64,000 bases of DNA from Patescibacteria group bacterium (GTDB lineage Bacteria > Patescibacteriota > Microgenomatia > Levybacterales > UBA12049): NCBI GenBank assembly GCA_038063415.1, contig JBBTVD010000009.1, positions 15,430-79,429 on the forward strand, given 5' to 3'. Under the pieces are notes generated by a model. The model searched no databases. It saw only the letters and a program-made list of their open reading frames with translations, and was not told the origin of the DNA. Positions 46,077 through 56,033 of the stretch are shown here, piece by piece (position 1 is the first letter of the stretch; each line of letters starts with the position of its first letter). The position numbers and the translations under genes were made by a program.

Positions 46077-47275
46077 TGCTCAGTTCATTGTTTAAAACAA
46101 AAAGATTTTTTCTTCTCCTGCTTCTTTTGCTCGTTATTTTTGTTGTCCGGCAAATTTTTCTGTCCTCTCCATCACATGAGTTAACGTATACCGTTACTCG
46201 TGGTGAGTTAGTTGACACTGTTGAGGCAAGTGGTATGTTTATGACGGCTTTGCAAAAAGAGATTTTTTCTCCGACAAAAGGGGTTATTACTCAGTTATAT
46301 GTGGTGAACAATCAGGAAGTAAAAAAAGGTGAGCCCCTCTTTCATGTCGAAAGTACCGCTACTGAAAAGGAAAAAATCACGGCACTCGCCACCTATCAAA
46401 CAGCAGTAAGTACGTTAACGACTGCTCAACAAACAAAAGAGTCCCTTGATGCTACGATGTGGACAGAACATAAAGCATTGCTTGATGCACAAAATGCAAA
46501 GAACTTTCAAGAAGATAATACGACAAATCCTGATACTGATGATACGTATACTGATTTAGAAAAAAGGAGTCTCGATTCTGCGCTTGTTCAAGCCAGAAAG
46601 GACTTTGCCACGGCTGAGAAAAAATACAAAGAAGCTGACAGTGCAATTGTGGCTGCTCAAGCATCTCTTGCATCTGCAAAAAGAGTGTACGATGAAACAA
46701 AAGATGTAACTATTGCTGCTCCTGTTGGTGGGACGATCGTTAATTTGTTAAAAAAAGTTGGTGATGAAGTCTCTATCCCTGAGACATCTTCAGAATCACA
46801 ATCACAGAAAAAGCCTGTTCTCCCAGTACTCATGATTGCTAATCTAGCAAATCCAGTGATTATCGCAACGGTTAATGAATCATATATCCCTCGCATTACT
46901 ACTGGACAAAGAGTATCAGTTATCTTTGATGCACTGAAAGAAGAACGTTTTACTGGCTCGGTTGCCGAGGTAGATACGATAGGAACCGATACTGATGGCG
47001 TGGTCACCTATCAAGTTCGTATAGAATTTCCAGATATTCCTCCAACCATCCGTCCTAAAATGACAGCCATTGTGTCTATTGAGACGTTGTACAAAAGTAA
47101 TGTATTGACTGTACCTAATAGTGCGCTACTGACACAAGATGGAAAGACGTATATTAAAAAGAATGGTAAAGTGAACGAGCTAATTGCAGTTACGACTGGA
47201 AAAAGAGGAACCACAAAGACCGAAGTTACCTCAGGTCTTGAAGAAGGAGATGTCATTCTGGCAAATGTACAATGA
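46076..47275 (+). CDS. Efflux membrane-fusion protein (MacA/HlyD-like)
   Basis: N-terminal TM helix, lipoyl halves, coiled hairpin and EVTSGLEEGD. Confidence 0.9.
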   Translation: MLSSLFKTKRFFLLLLLLLVIFVVRQIFLSSPSHELTYTVTRGELVDTVEASGMFMTALQKEIFSPTKGVITQLYVVNNQEVKKGEPLFHVESTATEKEKITALATYQTAVSTLTTAQQTKESLDATMWTEHKALLDAQNAKNFQEDNTTNPDTDDTYTDLEKRSLDSALVQARKDFATAEKKYKEADSAIVAAQASLASAKRVYDETKDVTIAAPVGGTIVNLLKKVGDEVSIPETSSESQSQKKPVLPVLMIANLANPVIIATVNESYIPRITTGQRVSVIFDALKEERFTGSVAEVDTIGTDTDGVVTYQVRIEFPDIPPTIRPKMTAIVSIETLYKSNVLTVPNSALLTQDGKTYIKKNGKVNELIAVTTGKRGTTKTEVTSGLEEGDVILANVQ

Positions 47276-48540
47276 AGAATATACAAGGTTATGATAAAGA
47301 TTTCTCGGTAGGTTTTTTCTTGGCACTTCGAGATATACGCCGGAGTAATCCCTGGACCACTTCTCTTATTATTACGGTCATGACGTTAACCTTTTTTAAT
47401 ATGTTGTTTGTCGGTGGGATACTTATTGGACTTGTTTCGGGACTTATTGAGGGTTTCCGGCAGTATTACTCAGGTGATGTTTTTATTAGTCCTGCTGATG
47501 AAAAATATACTATTGAACAGACCAGTACCATAATCTCTGTAGCAGAAAGTGTCCCGACCTTCGTTTCTCTCTCCAAACGATATACAGAAAATGTTCTTGT
47601 GGAAAGCAACTATCGTAACCGTGTTCGTACAACTGATGCTCCAGAAAGCGTCGGCGCTATACTTGTTGGTATTGATCCACAAGCGGAAGACAAAATTTCT
47701 CATTTGTCCAGATATCTTGTCGAAGGAGCATTCCTGGACAAAAATGATGTGGATGCTGTGGTCATTGGGAAAGACTTGCTCGCAAAGTACGTCAAAAATA
47801 TCCAGGCAGTAACAAAAAAACTCCATGACGTCAAGATTGGTACCAAAATACGTCTGACCGTGAATGGCAAGCAAGAAGAAGTAACAGTCAAAGGCATTAT
47901 TAATACGACTAATCAGATTGCTGATACACGAGTCTATATGACAGAGGCTATGGTACGAAAACTTTTGGGAAGAGAAAGTCTTAATGCCAATGAAATTGCT
48001 ATTGACTTAGCTCCAGGTGCATCTGATGAAGAAGCAAAGGAATTTATTACCGCAAATATTTCAAATGGTACCGATGTAAAGGTCCAAACAGCTGATGATG
48101 CTGTCCCTGCAGGAAGCGTTGATGTCAAACAGACGTTTATTGTTCTTCGAGATATTGTTGGATTTATCGCGTTGATTGTCGGAGCCATTACGATCTTTAT
48201 TGTTATTTTTGTTAATGCGATTACGAGGCGAAAGTTTATTGGTATCCTTAAAGGTATTGGAATCTCCTCACGGGCAATTCAAATATCTTATGTTTATCAG
48301 GCATTGTTTTATGCAGTATCGGGGATCATCATTGGTAGTATCATTATCATGGGAATGCTCAAGCCGTATTTTGACATATATCCTTTGCAACTACCTATTG
48401 CCGAGGGACGTCTTGCCCTGAGCTATACAGATCTTTTGATTAGAGCCGGTATTTTAACCCTTACGGCTTTTATTTCCGGGTTTATTCCTGCATGGTTAGT
48501 AACAAAGCAAAATACCCTGGATGCGATTTTGGGGAGATAA
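47272..48540 (+). CDS. ABC transporter permease (FtsX/MacB-like)
   Basis: RRKFIGILKGIG and PAW; four TM helices with a large extracytoplasmic domain. Confidence 0.9.
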   Translation: MKNIQGYDKDFSVGFFLALRDIRRSNPWTTSLIITVMTLTFFNMLFVGGILIGLVSGLIEGFRQYYSGDVFISPADEKYTIEQTSTIISVAESVPTFVSLSKRYTENVLVESNYRNRVRTTDAPESVGAILVGIDPQAEDKISHLSRYLVEGAFLDKNDVDAVVIGKDLLAKYVKNIQAVTKKLHDVKIGTKIRLTVNGKQEEVTVKGIINTTNQIADTRVYMTEAMVRKLLGRESLNANEIAIDLAPGASDEEAKEFITANISNGTDVKVQTADDAVPAGSVDVKQTFIVLRDIVGFIALIVGAITIFIVIFVNAITRRKFIGILKGIGISSRAIQISYVYQALFYAVSGIIIGSIIIMGMLKPYFDIYPLQLPIAEGRLALSYTDLLIRAGILTLTAFISGFIPAWLVTKQNTLDAILGR

Positions 48541-48560
48541 TTTTAGTTCTGTACAATATT

Positions 48561-49250
48561 ATGATGGAAGTAAAAAATTTAATAAAAAAGTTTCAAACTG
48601 GTGATACTGAGTTGATTGCTCTCAAAAATCTTAGCTTTACCGTCCCGACAGGGCAATTTCTCGCAATTACTGGTCGTTCAGGTTCTGGCAAAAGTACCTT
48701 GCTCTATCAGATGAGCTTGCTTGATCGTGCCAATGAAGGAAAACTTATCATTGATGATCAGGAAGTTTCAGCCTTTACTAATGATGAACGTGTTGCCTAC
48801 CGTCGGGATAATTTTGGTTTTGTTTTTCAAGATTATGCTCTCCTTCCGGTTCTTACGGCGAAAGAAAATGTTATGCTCCCAATGTTGATGCAAGGGGTTG
48901 CCAAGAGTATCACAAGAGAAAAGACTGAGAAAGCCCTGCAACGAGTCGGCCTGTCAGATCGATTTGATTATCTTCCCAGTCAGCTCTCTGGTGGACAACA
49001 ACAGCGTGTGAGTATTGCCCGGGCGATTGCGCATAATCCAAGGATTGTGTTCGCTGATGAACCGACAGCCAATCTTGATACTGAGTCATCCAAAATCGTT
49101 CTGGATATCTTTCTCGAGCTTAATAAATCAGGCCAAACGATTATTATGGTAACGCACGAGCCTGATTATGCCAAACTTGCTGATCGAAGGATCGAGTTGT
49201 TGGATGGAGATATTGTTAATGATATCGGACAAAAAAAGGGCAAAAAGTGA
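48561..49250 (+). CDS. ABC transporter ATP-binding protein (LolD/MacB-like)
   Basis: GRSGSGKST, LSGGQQQR, DEPTANLD and VTHE. Confidence 0.95.
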   Translation: MMEVKNLIKKFQTGDTELIALKNLSFTVPTGQFLAITGRSGSGKSTLLYQMSLLDRANEGKLIIDDQEVSAFTNDERVAYRRDNFGFVFQDYALLPVLTAKENVMLPMLMQGVAKSITREKTEKALQRVGLSDRFDYLPSQLSGGQQQRVSIARAIAHNPRIVFADEPTANLDTESSKIVLDIFLELNKSGQTIIMVTHEPDYAKLADRRIELLDGDIVNDIGQKKGKK

Positions 49251-49257
49251 GAGTTAC

Positions 49258-49734
49258 TTAGTGGCGTTGAAAGACTGGATGCAATGCTAACGGTTCCCTC
49301 TGTGTCGTTGCTCCCTCTCGTGAGAAAGTAACACGGGTTGCTTCAGGTTGGTACTCCGTAGGTCCTCTTGAAGGGAAAACGACATGGACACTTTCACTTT
49401 CTCCATCGTCATAAACTACAGCATCTTCCACGGTGTGAGGTTGTCTCATCCCGGCGAGAAATGTTCCTTCCCCATCAGATACTTTAATGCTACCCGCTTT
49501 AATCTTTGGATCTATAGAACTTCCTTCTACTTCGAAATAACTATTTCCAGGGTACTTCACTACTCCGATAGCGTGGGGAGCTAATCGCTTATCGGCTGTT
49601 GCATCCCTTCTCCTTGGTATTTCTACATAGGTTCCTCCTGATCTCTCAGCAATAGCGCGTAGGTTCGTACTAGTAAGACTCGCAAGGGATGGAGGATTAT
49701 CTGGATTTGGAAGTGTTGACCCATCTTCGACCAT
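49258..49734 (-). CDS. Hypothetical protein
   Basis: 158-aa ORF directly downstream of folD. Confidence 0.6.
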   Translation of the reverse strand: MVEDGSTLPNPDNPPSLASLTSTNLRAIAERSGGTYVEIPRRRDATADKRLAPHAIGVVKYPGNSYFEVEGSSIDPKIKAGSIKVSDGEGTFLAGMRQPHTVEDAVVYDDGESESVHVVFPSRGPTEYQPEATRVTFSREGATTQREPLALHPVFQRH

Positions 49735-49744
49735 TATTTTGAGA

Positions 49745-50677
49745 TTATTTTAGAGTTTGCTTCTCCGCTGCAGTAATCAGGTTGTCCATAAGCATTGCTA
49801 CATTAACCGGTCCAGTACCCCCTGGAGTGGGTGTATAAAAGCCTGCAAGGTCTGCAATCTCTTCTTCCTCATAATCTCCAAATAAGTTCCCTTGATCGTT
49901 CTTATCGACTCCTACGCCGATCAGGATTACCCCTTTCCTGATGTTGTCAGCTGTGATGACGCGATGTTTGCCAACGGCCGCGATGATAACATCTGCTTGT
50001 TTGGTTAGGGTGTATGGATCTTTTGTTTTACTATCAACGATCTCTGGGGTTATACCAAGTTGTTTGAGGTAAGAAATGATAGGTCCTCCTCCTGATGGTC
50101 CCTTGCCGATGATGACGATTTTTTGCGTTTTTAGCCACATTAGAAATCCATCGGGGGCCTGCCTCTCGCTTCCCCGTCCGACGGCTTCACTCACGTCATT
50201 CGTTCCAGGCGCTCGACGGGGATCCCCTGCTCGCGTCACTCCTTGCTTTTGTGTATAAACTTCCTCCAATATCTTAACCACGGCCGGGGCAAGTGGGAGT
50301 ACAAAGGGAGATTCCGGATGGAAGCCGTCTACGTCTTTTTGTGGAGCCGTTGCAAGCTCAAGCTGTTTTTCATCAATATGCTTAGGTAGTGGCCGTTGGA
50401 TGAGTATCCCGTGGACGAATGGATCTTGATTAAGCAGAAGCACTTTTTGTCGTAACTCTTCTGTCAAGACCGACTCCTCAAATCTTAGGATAGTAACTTT
50501 TGCACCAATCAGATCAGCCTTTTTTTGCTTGAGCGTGACATAGGCTACTGAAGCTGGATTATTACCAATCAGAAAAACAACTAAATGCGGTGTTATCTTT
50601 TTCCGTTGCAGCTTAAGGACTCTTTTTGTAAGGTCAGTATAGAGCTGGTCAGCGATTGCGCGGCCGTCGAGTTTCAT
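49745..50677 (-). CDS. folD: Methylenetetrahydrofolate dehydrogenase/cyclohydrolase with a ~33-aa insert
   Basis: ASVAYV..K, GILIQRPLP, KDVDG and TPTPGGTGP. Confidence 0.92.
   Translation of the reverse strand: MKLDGRAIADQLYTDLTKRVLKLQRKKITPHLVVFLIGNNPASVAYVTLKQKKADLIGAKVTILRFEESVLTEELRQKVLLLNQDPFVHGILIQRPLPKHIDEKQLELATAPQKDVDGFHPESPFVLPLAPAVVKILEEVYTQKQGVTRAGDPRRAPGTNDVSEAVGRGSERQAPDGFLMWLKTQKIVIIGKGPSGGGPIISYLKQLGITPEIVDSKTKDPYTLTKQADVIIAAVGKHRVITADNIRKGVILIGVGVDKNDQGNLFGDYEEEEIADLAGFYTPTPGGTGPVNVAMLMDNLITAAEKQTLK
50144..50242. repeat. GC-rich structured element in-frame in folD (GVTRAGDPRRAPGTNDVSEAVGRGSERQAPDGF)
   Basis: Abrupt GC-rich segment with internal inverted repeat CCCCGTC/GACGGGG; peptide not expected in FolD; boundaries approximate. 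Confidence 0.6.
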
Positions 50678-50705
50678 GTAACTTTCTGTAGCATAGCATA
50701 CATGG

Positions 50706-53273
50706 TTATGCCTGCTCAACTGCTTCGCCAACACAAGTGACGGCAGCTACACTATCTTTTTCATGGGAAAATCGCATCAGGATAACACCTTGTGTGTCTC
50801 GAGAAAGTTTTGGAATTTGTGTAATCAAGAGCTTTACGATTTGTCCGCGTCTTGAGGTAATGATAACTTCTTCACTTCCTGCAGGAATGACTTGTGCATT
50901 CACAACCTTGCCTGTACGATCAGTGACTCGTGCTACTTTGACACCTTGTCCTCCCCTGCCCTGTAGTGGGAATTGCTCAATTGGGGTTTTCTTACCCAGA
51001 CCGTTTTGCATAATCACAAAGACGTCAGCCTTGTCTCCTTTTGTAATGACATCCATACCAATCACTCGATCTGTTGCATCAATTTTAATCCCTCGGACAC
51101 CCATGGTTGGACGGCCCATTGGACGGACTGAGTCTTCTGAGAACTTGATTGACTTACCTTGTTTGGTTACAAGCAAAATTTGATTCTTCCCATCGGAGAT
51201 ATTGCTCCAGACGAGTTCATCACCTGGATCGAGTTTAATCGCGATCATCCCATTGCGGCGGATGTTTTCAAATTCACTAATACTTGTCTTTTTGACTGTA
51301 CCTTTTCGAGTGGTGAGAAAGATATAGCCGTCTTTACCCTTTGTGCTGTAAATAACGAACGATTCAACAACTTCGCCAGATTCAATATTAAGGAGGTTTA
51401 CAATAGCAGTTCCTTTACTCGTTCTACTACTTTCAGCAATTTCATAAGCTTTGAGTGCATAGGCTTTACCCTTGTTGGTAAAGAAGATGATATTGTCATG
51501 TGTCTGCGCATAGCGGATGGCTGCGATATCATCTGCTTCTTTGAGACTCATACCAGTAATCCCCTTGCCTCCACGATGTTGTGTATGGAAACTATTGATT
51601 GATTGACGCTTAATATAGCCTGTCTTGGTCAAGGTAATAACGGTTGCTTCATTTGGGATAAGATCTTCTTCTGAGAACTCCCCTACTTTACCTTTGTACA
51701 CAACGGTCCTGCGAGGATCAGCATATTTTTCTTTGAGTTTACTGAGCTCCGCTTTGATAACACCCAAGATTTTTTCAGGGTGTGCGAGTAAGTCTTCAAG
51801 GTATTCGATGGTTTCTTTTACCATCTTGAGTTCGTCTTCAATCTTTTGTCTTTCAAGCGCAGCCAGCCTTCGAAGCTGCATATCAAGGATTGCTACTGAT
51901 TGAATCTCACTCAAGGCGAATTTCGCCATCAAATTAGTTTTGGCCTCTTCCTGATTTTTTGATGCGCGGATAGTTGCGATGACTGCGTCGATATTGTCGA
52001 CCGCAATCTTAAGACCTTCCAAGATATGCAAACGAGCCTTTGCTTGCTTAAGTTCAAATTCAGTACGTCTCCGAACAACACTGTATCGATGTTTGAGATA
52101 TTCCTCAAGGATAATCTTCAGGTTTACCGTCTGAGGGGTTCCATTTACTAGTGCAACCATATTGACTGGGAAAGACGTTTGTAATTGGGTTAATTTATAG
52201 AGATTGTTGAGAACCTTTTTGGGAGAGGCATCTCTCTTGAGTTCTATATAGATATGCATACCACGACGGTCTGATTCGTCACGGAGGTCTGAAATGCCTT
52301 CAATTTTTTTATCTTTGGCAAGATCCGCAATCTTGGCAATCAGGAGTGCTTTGTTTACCTGATACGGCAGCTCTGTGACTGAAATAGCCGATTTACCATT
52401 ATTGATTTCCTCAATTTCTGCTTTTGCGCGGATAATAATCTTGCCGCGCCCAGTCATATAAGCATTTTTAATTTCTGAAAGATCATAGATTGAGCCGGCT
52501 GTTGGGAAGTCAGGTCCATTGACAAACTCAAGCAGTTCATCAATGGTAATAGCTGATGTGTCAAATACTTCACCAGAGTTTACTGGTACGACTGGAGCTT
52601 TTGGATCGGCAGCTGCAAGTTCTGCCGCTTTTTTCTCGGCTTCCTTTTGGGCTGCGGTGATCTTTCCGATCATAAAGGTAATTGCATCAACAACTTCTGA
52701 CAAATTATGTGGAGGAATCTTGGTTGCCATACCGACTGCAATACCTTCGGCTCCCATCAGCAGCAGGTTGGGAAGTTTTGCAGGTAAGAACAGTGGTTCG
52801 TCACGTGAGGCATCATAGTTTGGTCCAAAATCAACCGTTTCCTTTTCAATATCTACCATGAGCTCTGAAGTAATAGCAGCCATTCTTGATTCGGTATAAC
52901 GCATAGCCGCTGGTGGATCACCATCAACTGAACCGAAGTTACCCTGTCCATCGATCAGTGGGTATCGCATTGAAAAGTCCTGTGCAAGTCTGACGAGTGA
53001 ATCATAAATTGCTGAGTCACCATGTGGATGGTATTTACCCATAACTTCTCCTACAACCGTCGCACTTTTTTTATACTTTGCTGTATGAATGAGACCAAGT
53101 TCGTGCATCGCATAGAGAATGCGTCGGTGAACAGGTTTGAGTCCGTCACGGATATCAGGGAGTGCACGAGAGACAATAACAGACATCGCATAATTCAAAT
53201 ACGATTTCTTCATCTCTTCGGTAATGTTGGTTACCTGTAGTTTGCCAATGTTGTTGTCCATTATATTATCCAT
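50706..53273 (-). CDS. gyrA: DNA gyrase subunit A
   Basis: YHPHGD, AAMRYTE, GyrA-box QHRGGKG and beta-pinwheel repeats. Confidence 0.98.
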   Translation of the reverse strand: MDNIMDNNIGKLQVTNITEEMKKSYLNYAMSVIVSRALPDIRDGLKPVHRRILYAMHELGLIHTAKYKKSATVVGEVMGKYHPHGDSAIYDSLVRLAQDFSMRYPLIDGQGNFGSVDGDPPAAMRYTESRMAAITSELMVDIEKETVDFGPNYDASRDEPLFLPAKLPNLLLMGAEGIAVGMATKIPPHNLSEVVDAITFMIGKITAAQKEAEKKAAELAAADPKAPVVPVNSGEVFDTSAITIDELLEFVNGPDFPTAGSIYDLSEIKNAYMTGRGKIIIRAKAEIEEINNGKSAISVTELPYQVNKALLIAKIADLAKDKKIEGISDLRDESDRRGMHIYIELKRDASPKKVLNNLYKLTQLQTSFPVNMVALVNGTPQTVNLKIILEEYLKHRYSVVRRRTEFELKQAKARLHILEGLKIAVDNIDAVIATIRASKNQEEAKTNLMAKFALSEIQSVAILDMQLRRLAALERQKIEDELKMVKETIEYLEDLLAHPEKILGVIKAELSKLKEKYADPRRTVVYKGKVGEFSEEDLIPNEATVITLTKTGYIKRQSINSFHTQHRGGKGITGMSLKEADDIAAIRYAQTHDNIIFFTNKGKAYALKAYEIAESSRTSKGTAIVNLLNIESGEVVESFVIYSTKGKDGYIFLTTRKGTVKKTSISEFENIRRNGMIAIKLDPGDELVWSNISDGKNQILLVTKQGKSIKFSEDSVRPMGRPTMGVRGIKIDATDRVIGMDVITKGDKADVFVIMQNGLGKKTPIEQFPLQGRGGQGVKVARVTDRTGKVVNAQVIPAGSEEVIITSRRGQIVKLLITQIPKLSRDTQGVILMRFSHEKDSVAAVTCVGEAVEQA

Positions 53274-53312
53274 AATAAAAGTATATTAATTATATAACAT
53301 CATCCAGTTTAG

Positions 53313-53439
53313 AGATCCTGGAGTCCTTCCTTCAGTCGTCCCCAGGATGACGATATTATTTCTTTATCCGTCATTCTGGCAAATGAACAAAGTTCATGCG
53401 TCCAGAATCAGCAATCGTCTTCGGCTTACCAGAATGACG
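53313..53439. repeat. Two adjacent palindromic elements (53313-53352 and 53369-53439)
   Basis: GATCCTGGAGTC...CCCCAGGATGACG and CGTCATTCTGG...CCAGAATGACG. Confidence 0.8.
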
Positions 53440-53445
53440 TATAGA

Positions 53446-53961
53446 TTACTTGAGTGATTTTTTGACCACTTCAAGTGCGACTGTTTTATCTTTCCATTCT
53501 TTGAGTTTGACCCATTTCCCGGGTTCCAGGGCTTTGTAGGTCTCAAAGAAGTGTCGGATTTTGTTTTTGATTGCTTCAGGAACATCAGTGATATCCTGAT
53601 AGACACCATATTGTGGGTCAACTTTTGCTGTTGGCACCGCAATAATCTTGGTATCAATCCCTGCTTCGTCTTCCATCTCAAGCATTCCAATGACTTGGGC
53701 TGCAACAACTACTCCTGGGTAGACTGTTTTGTCTCCCACGAGAAGAATGTCGAGTGGATCACCATCTTCTCCCATGGTTTGTGGGATAAATCCGTAGTTA
53801 AACGGAAATCTGAGCGCTGTAAACATAAAGCGATCAGCAATGATTACTCCCATATCTTTATCAAGTTCGTACTTGATATCTGAGTCCAATGGAATCTCAA
53901 TGAATGCATTGACGAGTCCATTTGCGACATCTTTTCCTGCTGGTACTTTACTAATATCCAT
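53446..53961 (-). CDS. ppa: Inorganic pyrophosphatase (family I)
   Basis: KYELDK, NYGFIPQT, DGDPLD and FFETYK.LE. Confidence 0.96.
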   Translation of the reverse strand: MDISKVPAGKDVANGLVNAFIEIPLDSDIKYELDKDMGVIIADRFMFTALRFPFNYGFIPQTMGEDGDPLDILLVGDKTVYPGVVVAAQVIGMLEMEDEAGIDTKIIAVPTAKVDPQYGVYQDITDVPEAIKNKIRHFFETYKALEPGKWVKLKEWKDKTVALEVVKKSLK

Positions 53962-53977
53962 AATTTACTCACCCCCC

Positions 53978-55978
53978 TCAAATATCCAACTCTGCCGTGA
54001 TGGCATTTGTCTGGATAAAGTGCTTTCGTGGTGGTACCGAATCTCCCATAAGCATCGTAAAGACTTCATCTGCTTCCTCTGCATCATCGATGGTAATTTG
54101 CTTGAGTAATCGGTTTGCTGGATTAAGGGTTGTCTCCCACAATTCTTCCGCGTTCATTTCACCAAGACCTTTATATCGTTGTATATTGATGCTTGCGTTG
54201 CCTTTGGTTAGTTCTTTAATTGCCTTTGCTCTCTCGGATTCGTTGAACGCGTATCGTACTTCTTTGCCTCGTTGGATCTTGAAGAGTGGTGGCATCGCGA
54301 CATACACGTGTCCTCCCTCAACGACCTGTCGCAAATGGCGATATAAGAACGTAAGATAGAGACAGGTAATATGTGAGCCGTCGACATCAGCATCAGCCAT
54401 GATGATAATACGATGATAACGAAGCTTTTCTATATTAAATTGCTCAGCAATACCAGCTCCAATTGCGATAATCAGATCTTTAAACTTCTCAGAACCGACT
54501 ATTTGATCAATTCGTGCTCGCTCAGTATTGAGAATTTTTCCAAAGAGTGGCAAAATAGCTTGGAACTTACGATCTCTCCCCTGCTTCACCGATCCACCTG
54601 CTGAATCTCCCTCAACGATGAAAAGTTCACTCTCGGCTGGATTTTTTGACTGACAATCAGCAAGTTTTCCAGGAAGGGTTGATCCTTCAAGCGCACCTTT
54701 ACGAATAACGGCTTCTTTTGCTGCTTTTGCTGCGAGACGAGCTTTTGCTGCAAGGTATACCTTTTCAAGGATTCTCTTCCCTTCGCTTGGATTTTCTTCA
54801 AAGTGAAGGTTAAGTGCCTCTTTGACAATACTATTGACGACAGACTGGATTTCAGAATTTCCGAGCTTTCCTTTGGTTTGTCCTTCAAATTGGATGTTGT
54901 CCTGTGGCATTTTGATAAAGACGACAGCGGTTAGTCCTTCTCTCGTATCATCCCCAATAATTGAATCGTCTTCGCTTTTGAAGGCTTTAATTTTCTTTGC
55001 ATAGTCGTTGATTGCTCGGGTAAGAGCCATACGGAACCCAGTCAAATGTGTGCCACCATTTACGGTATTAATAACGTTGACGTAGGATTCTACATTTTCG
55101 GTATAGGTATTGTTGTATTGAACCGCTATCTCAACCTGCACGTCACCATCAGATTTATTGATATAAATAGGCTTAATGATTGGATCTTTATTTTCATTGA
55201 GCTTCTCAACAAGTGAGACAATTCCTCCTTCAAAATAATAATTCACCTCTTTGATTTGGGCTTTTCTTTTGTCAATGAAGTGAAAAAAGAGTTTTGGCAC
55301 AAGATAGGCGCGTTCTCGAATAATCTTGCGGATGAAGTCATAATCCCATGAATAAGTGATTTCTCCTCCACCTTTCCCCTCTTCGTCAGGTTCTGAAGTC
55401 TTAATAAATTCTTTAAAGATAGACGCATCAGGATAAAAAGTAGTAGAAGTACCTTTTTTGAGACCTACTACCTGCGGATTGTCCTGGATGGTTTCCATAA
55501 CCGCTTCAACAGGTGTCTTTGGAATCCCTCGTTCGTATCGTTGTCGATAAACCTTGCCATCACGACGAACTTCAGCAACTACCCAATCTGATAAAGCATT
55601 TACCACCGATGCTCCTACGCCGTGTAGACCTCCAGAGATTTTATATGCATCTCCTCCAAACTTACCTCCGGCATGGAGTTGTGTCATAACCAGCTCCAGC
55701 GCTGACTTTTTGTGAACAGAGTGCATACCTGTTGGGATACCTCGACCGTCATCTGATACAGCAGCTGTGCCATCTTTGTTGAGTTGAATCCAAACGTTCT
55801 TGGCGTGACCGGCCAGCGCCTCGTCCACAGAATTATCGATGATCTCACGAAGTGTCTCGTGTAAACCGTATACATCAGTTGATCCGATATACATACCAGG
55901 ACGCTTACGAACTGGTTCGAGTCCTTCAAGTACCTGGATTTGTTGTGCGCCGTAGTCAGAGGTTTGCTTTGTAGCCAT
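53978..55978 (-). CDS. gyrB: DNA gyrase subunit B
   Basis: RKRPGMYIG, EIIDNSVDE, EGDSAGG, DADVDG and RYKGLGEM. Confidence 0.98.
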   Translation of the reverse strand: MATKQTSDYGAQQIQVLEGLEPVRKRPGMYIGSTDVYGLHETLREIIDNSVDEALAGHAKNVWIQLNKDGTAAVSDDGRGIPTGMHSVHKKSALELVMTQLHAGGKFGGDAYKISGGLHGVGASVVNALSDWVVAEVRRDGKVYRQRYERGIPKTPVEAVMETIQDNPQVVGLKKGTSTTFYPDASIFKEFIKTSEPDEEGKGGGEITYSWDYDFIRKIIRERAYLVPKLFFHFIDKRKAQIKEVNYYFEGGIVSLVEKLNENKDPIIKPIYINKSDGDVQVEIAVQYNNTYTENVESYVNVINTVNGGTHLTGFRMALTRAINDYAKKIKAFKSEDDSIIGDDTREGLTAVVFIKMPQDNIQFEGQTKGKLGNSEIQSVVNSIVKEALNLHFEENPSEGKRILEKVYLAAKARLAAKAAKEAVIRKGALEGSTLPGKLADCQSKNPAESELFIVEGDSAGGSVKQGRDRKFQAILPLFGKILNTERARIDQIVGSEKFKDLIIAIGAGIAEQFNIEKLRYHRIIIMADADVDGSHITCLYLTFLYRHLRQVVEGGHVYVAMPPLFKIQRGKEVRYAFNESERAKAIKELTKGNASINIQRYKGLGEMNAEELWETTLNPANRLLKQITIDDAEEADEVFTMLMGDSVPPRKHFIQTNAITAELDI

Positions 55979-56033
55979 GTGTAGAGAATATTATTACAGA
56001 ACGAGAGAAAAATTTCAAGCCCAGGTTCATGGC

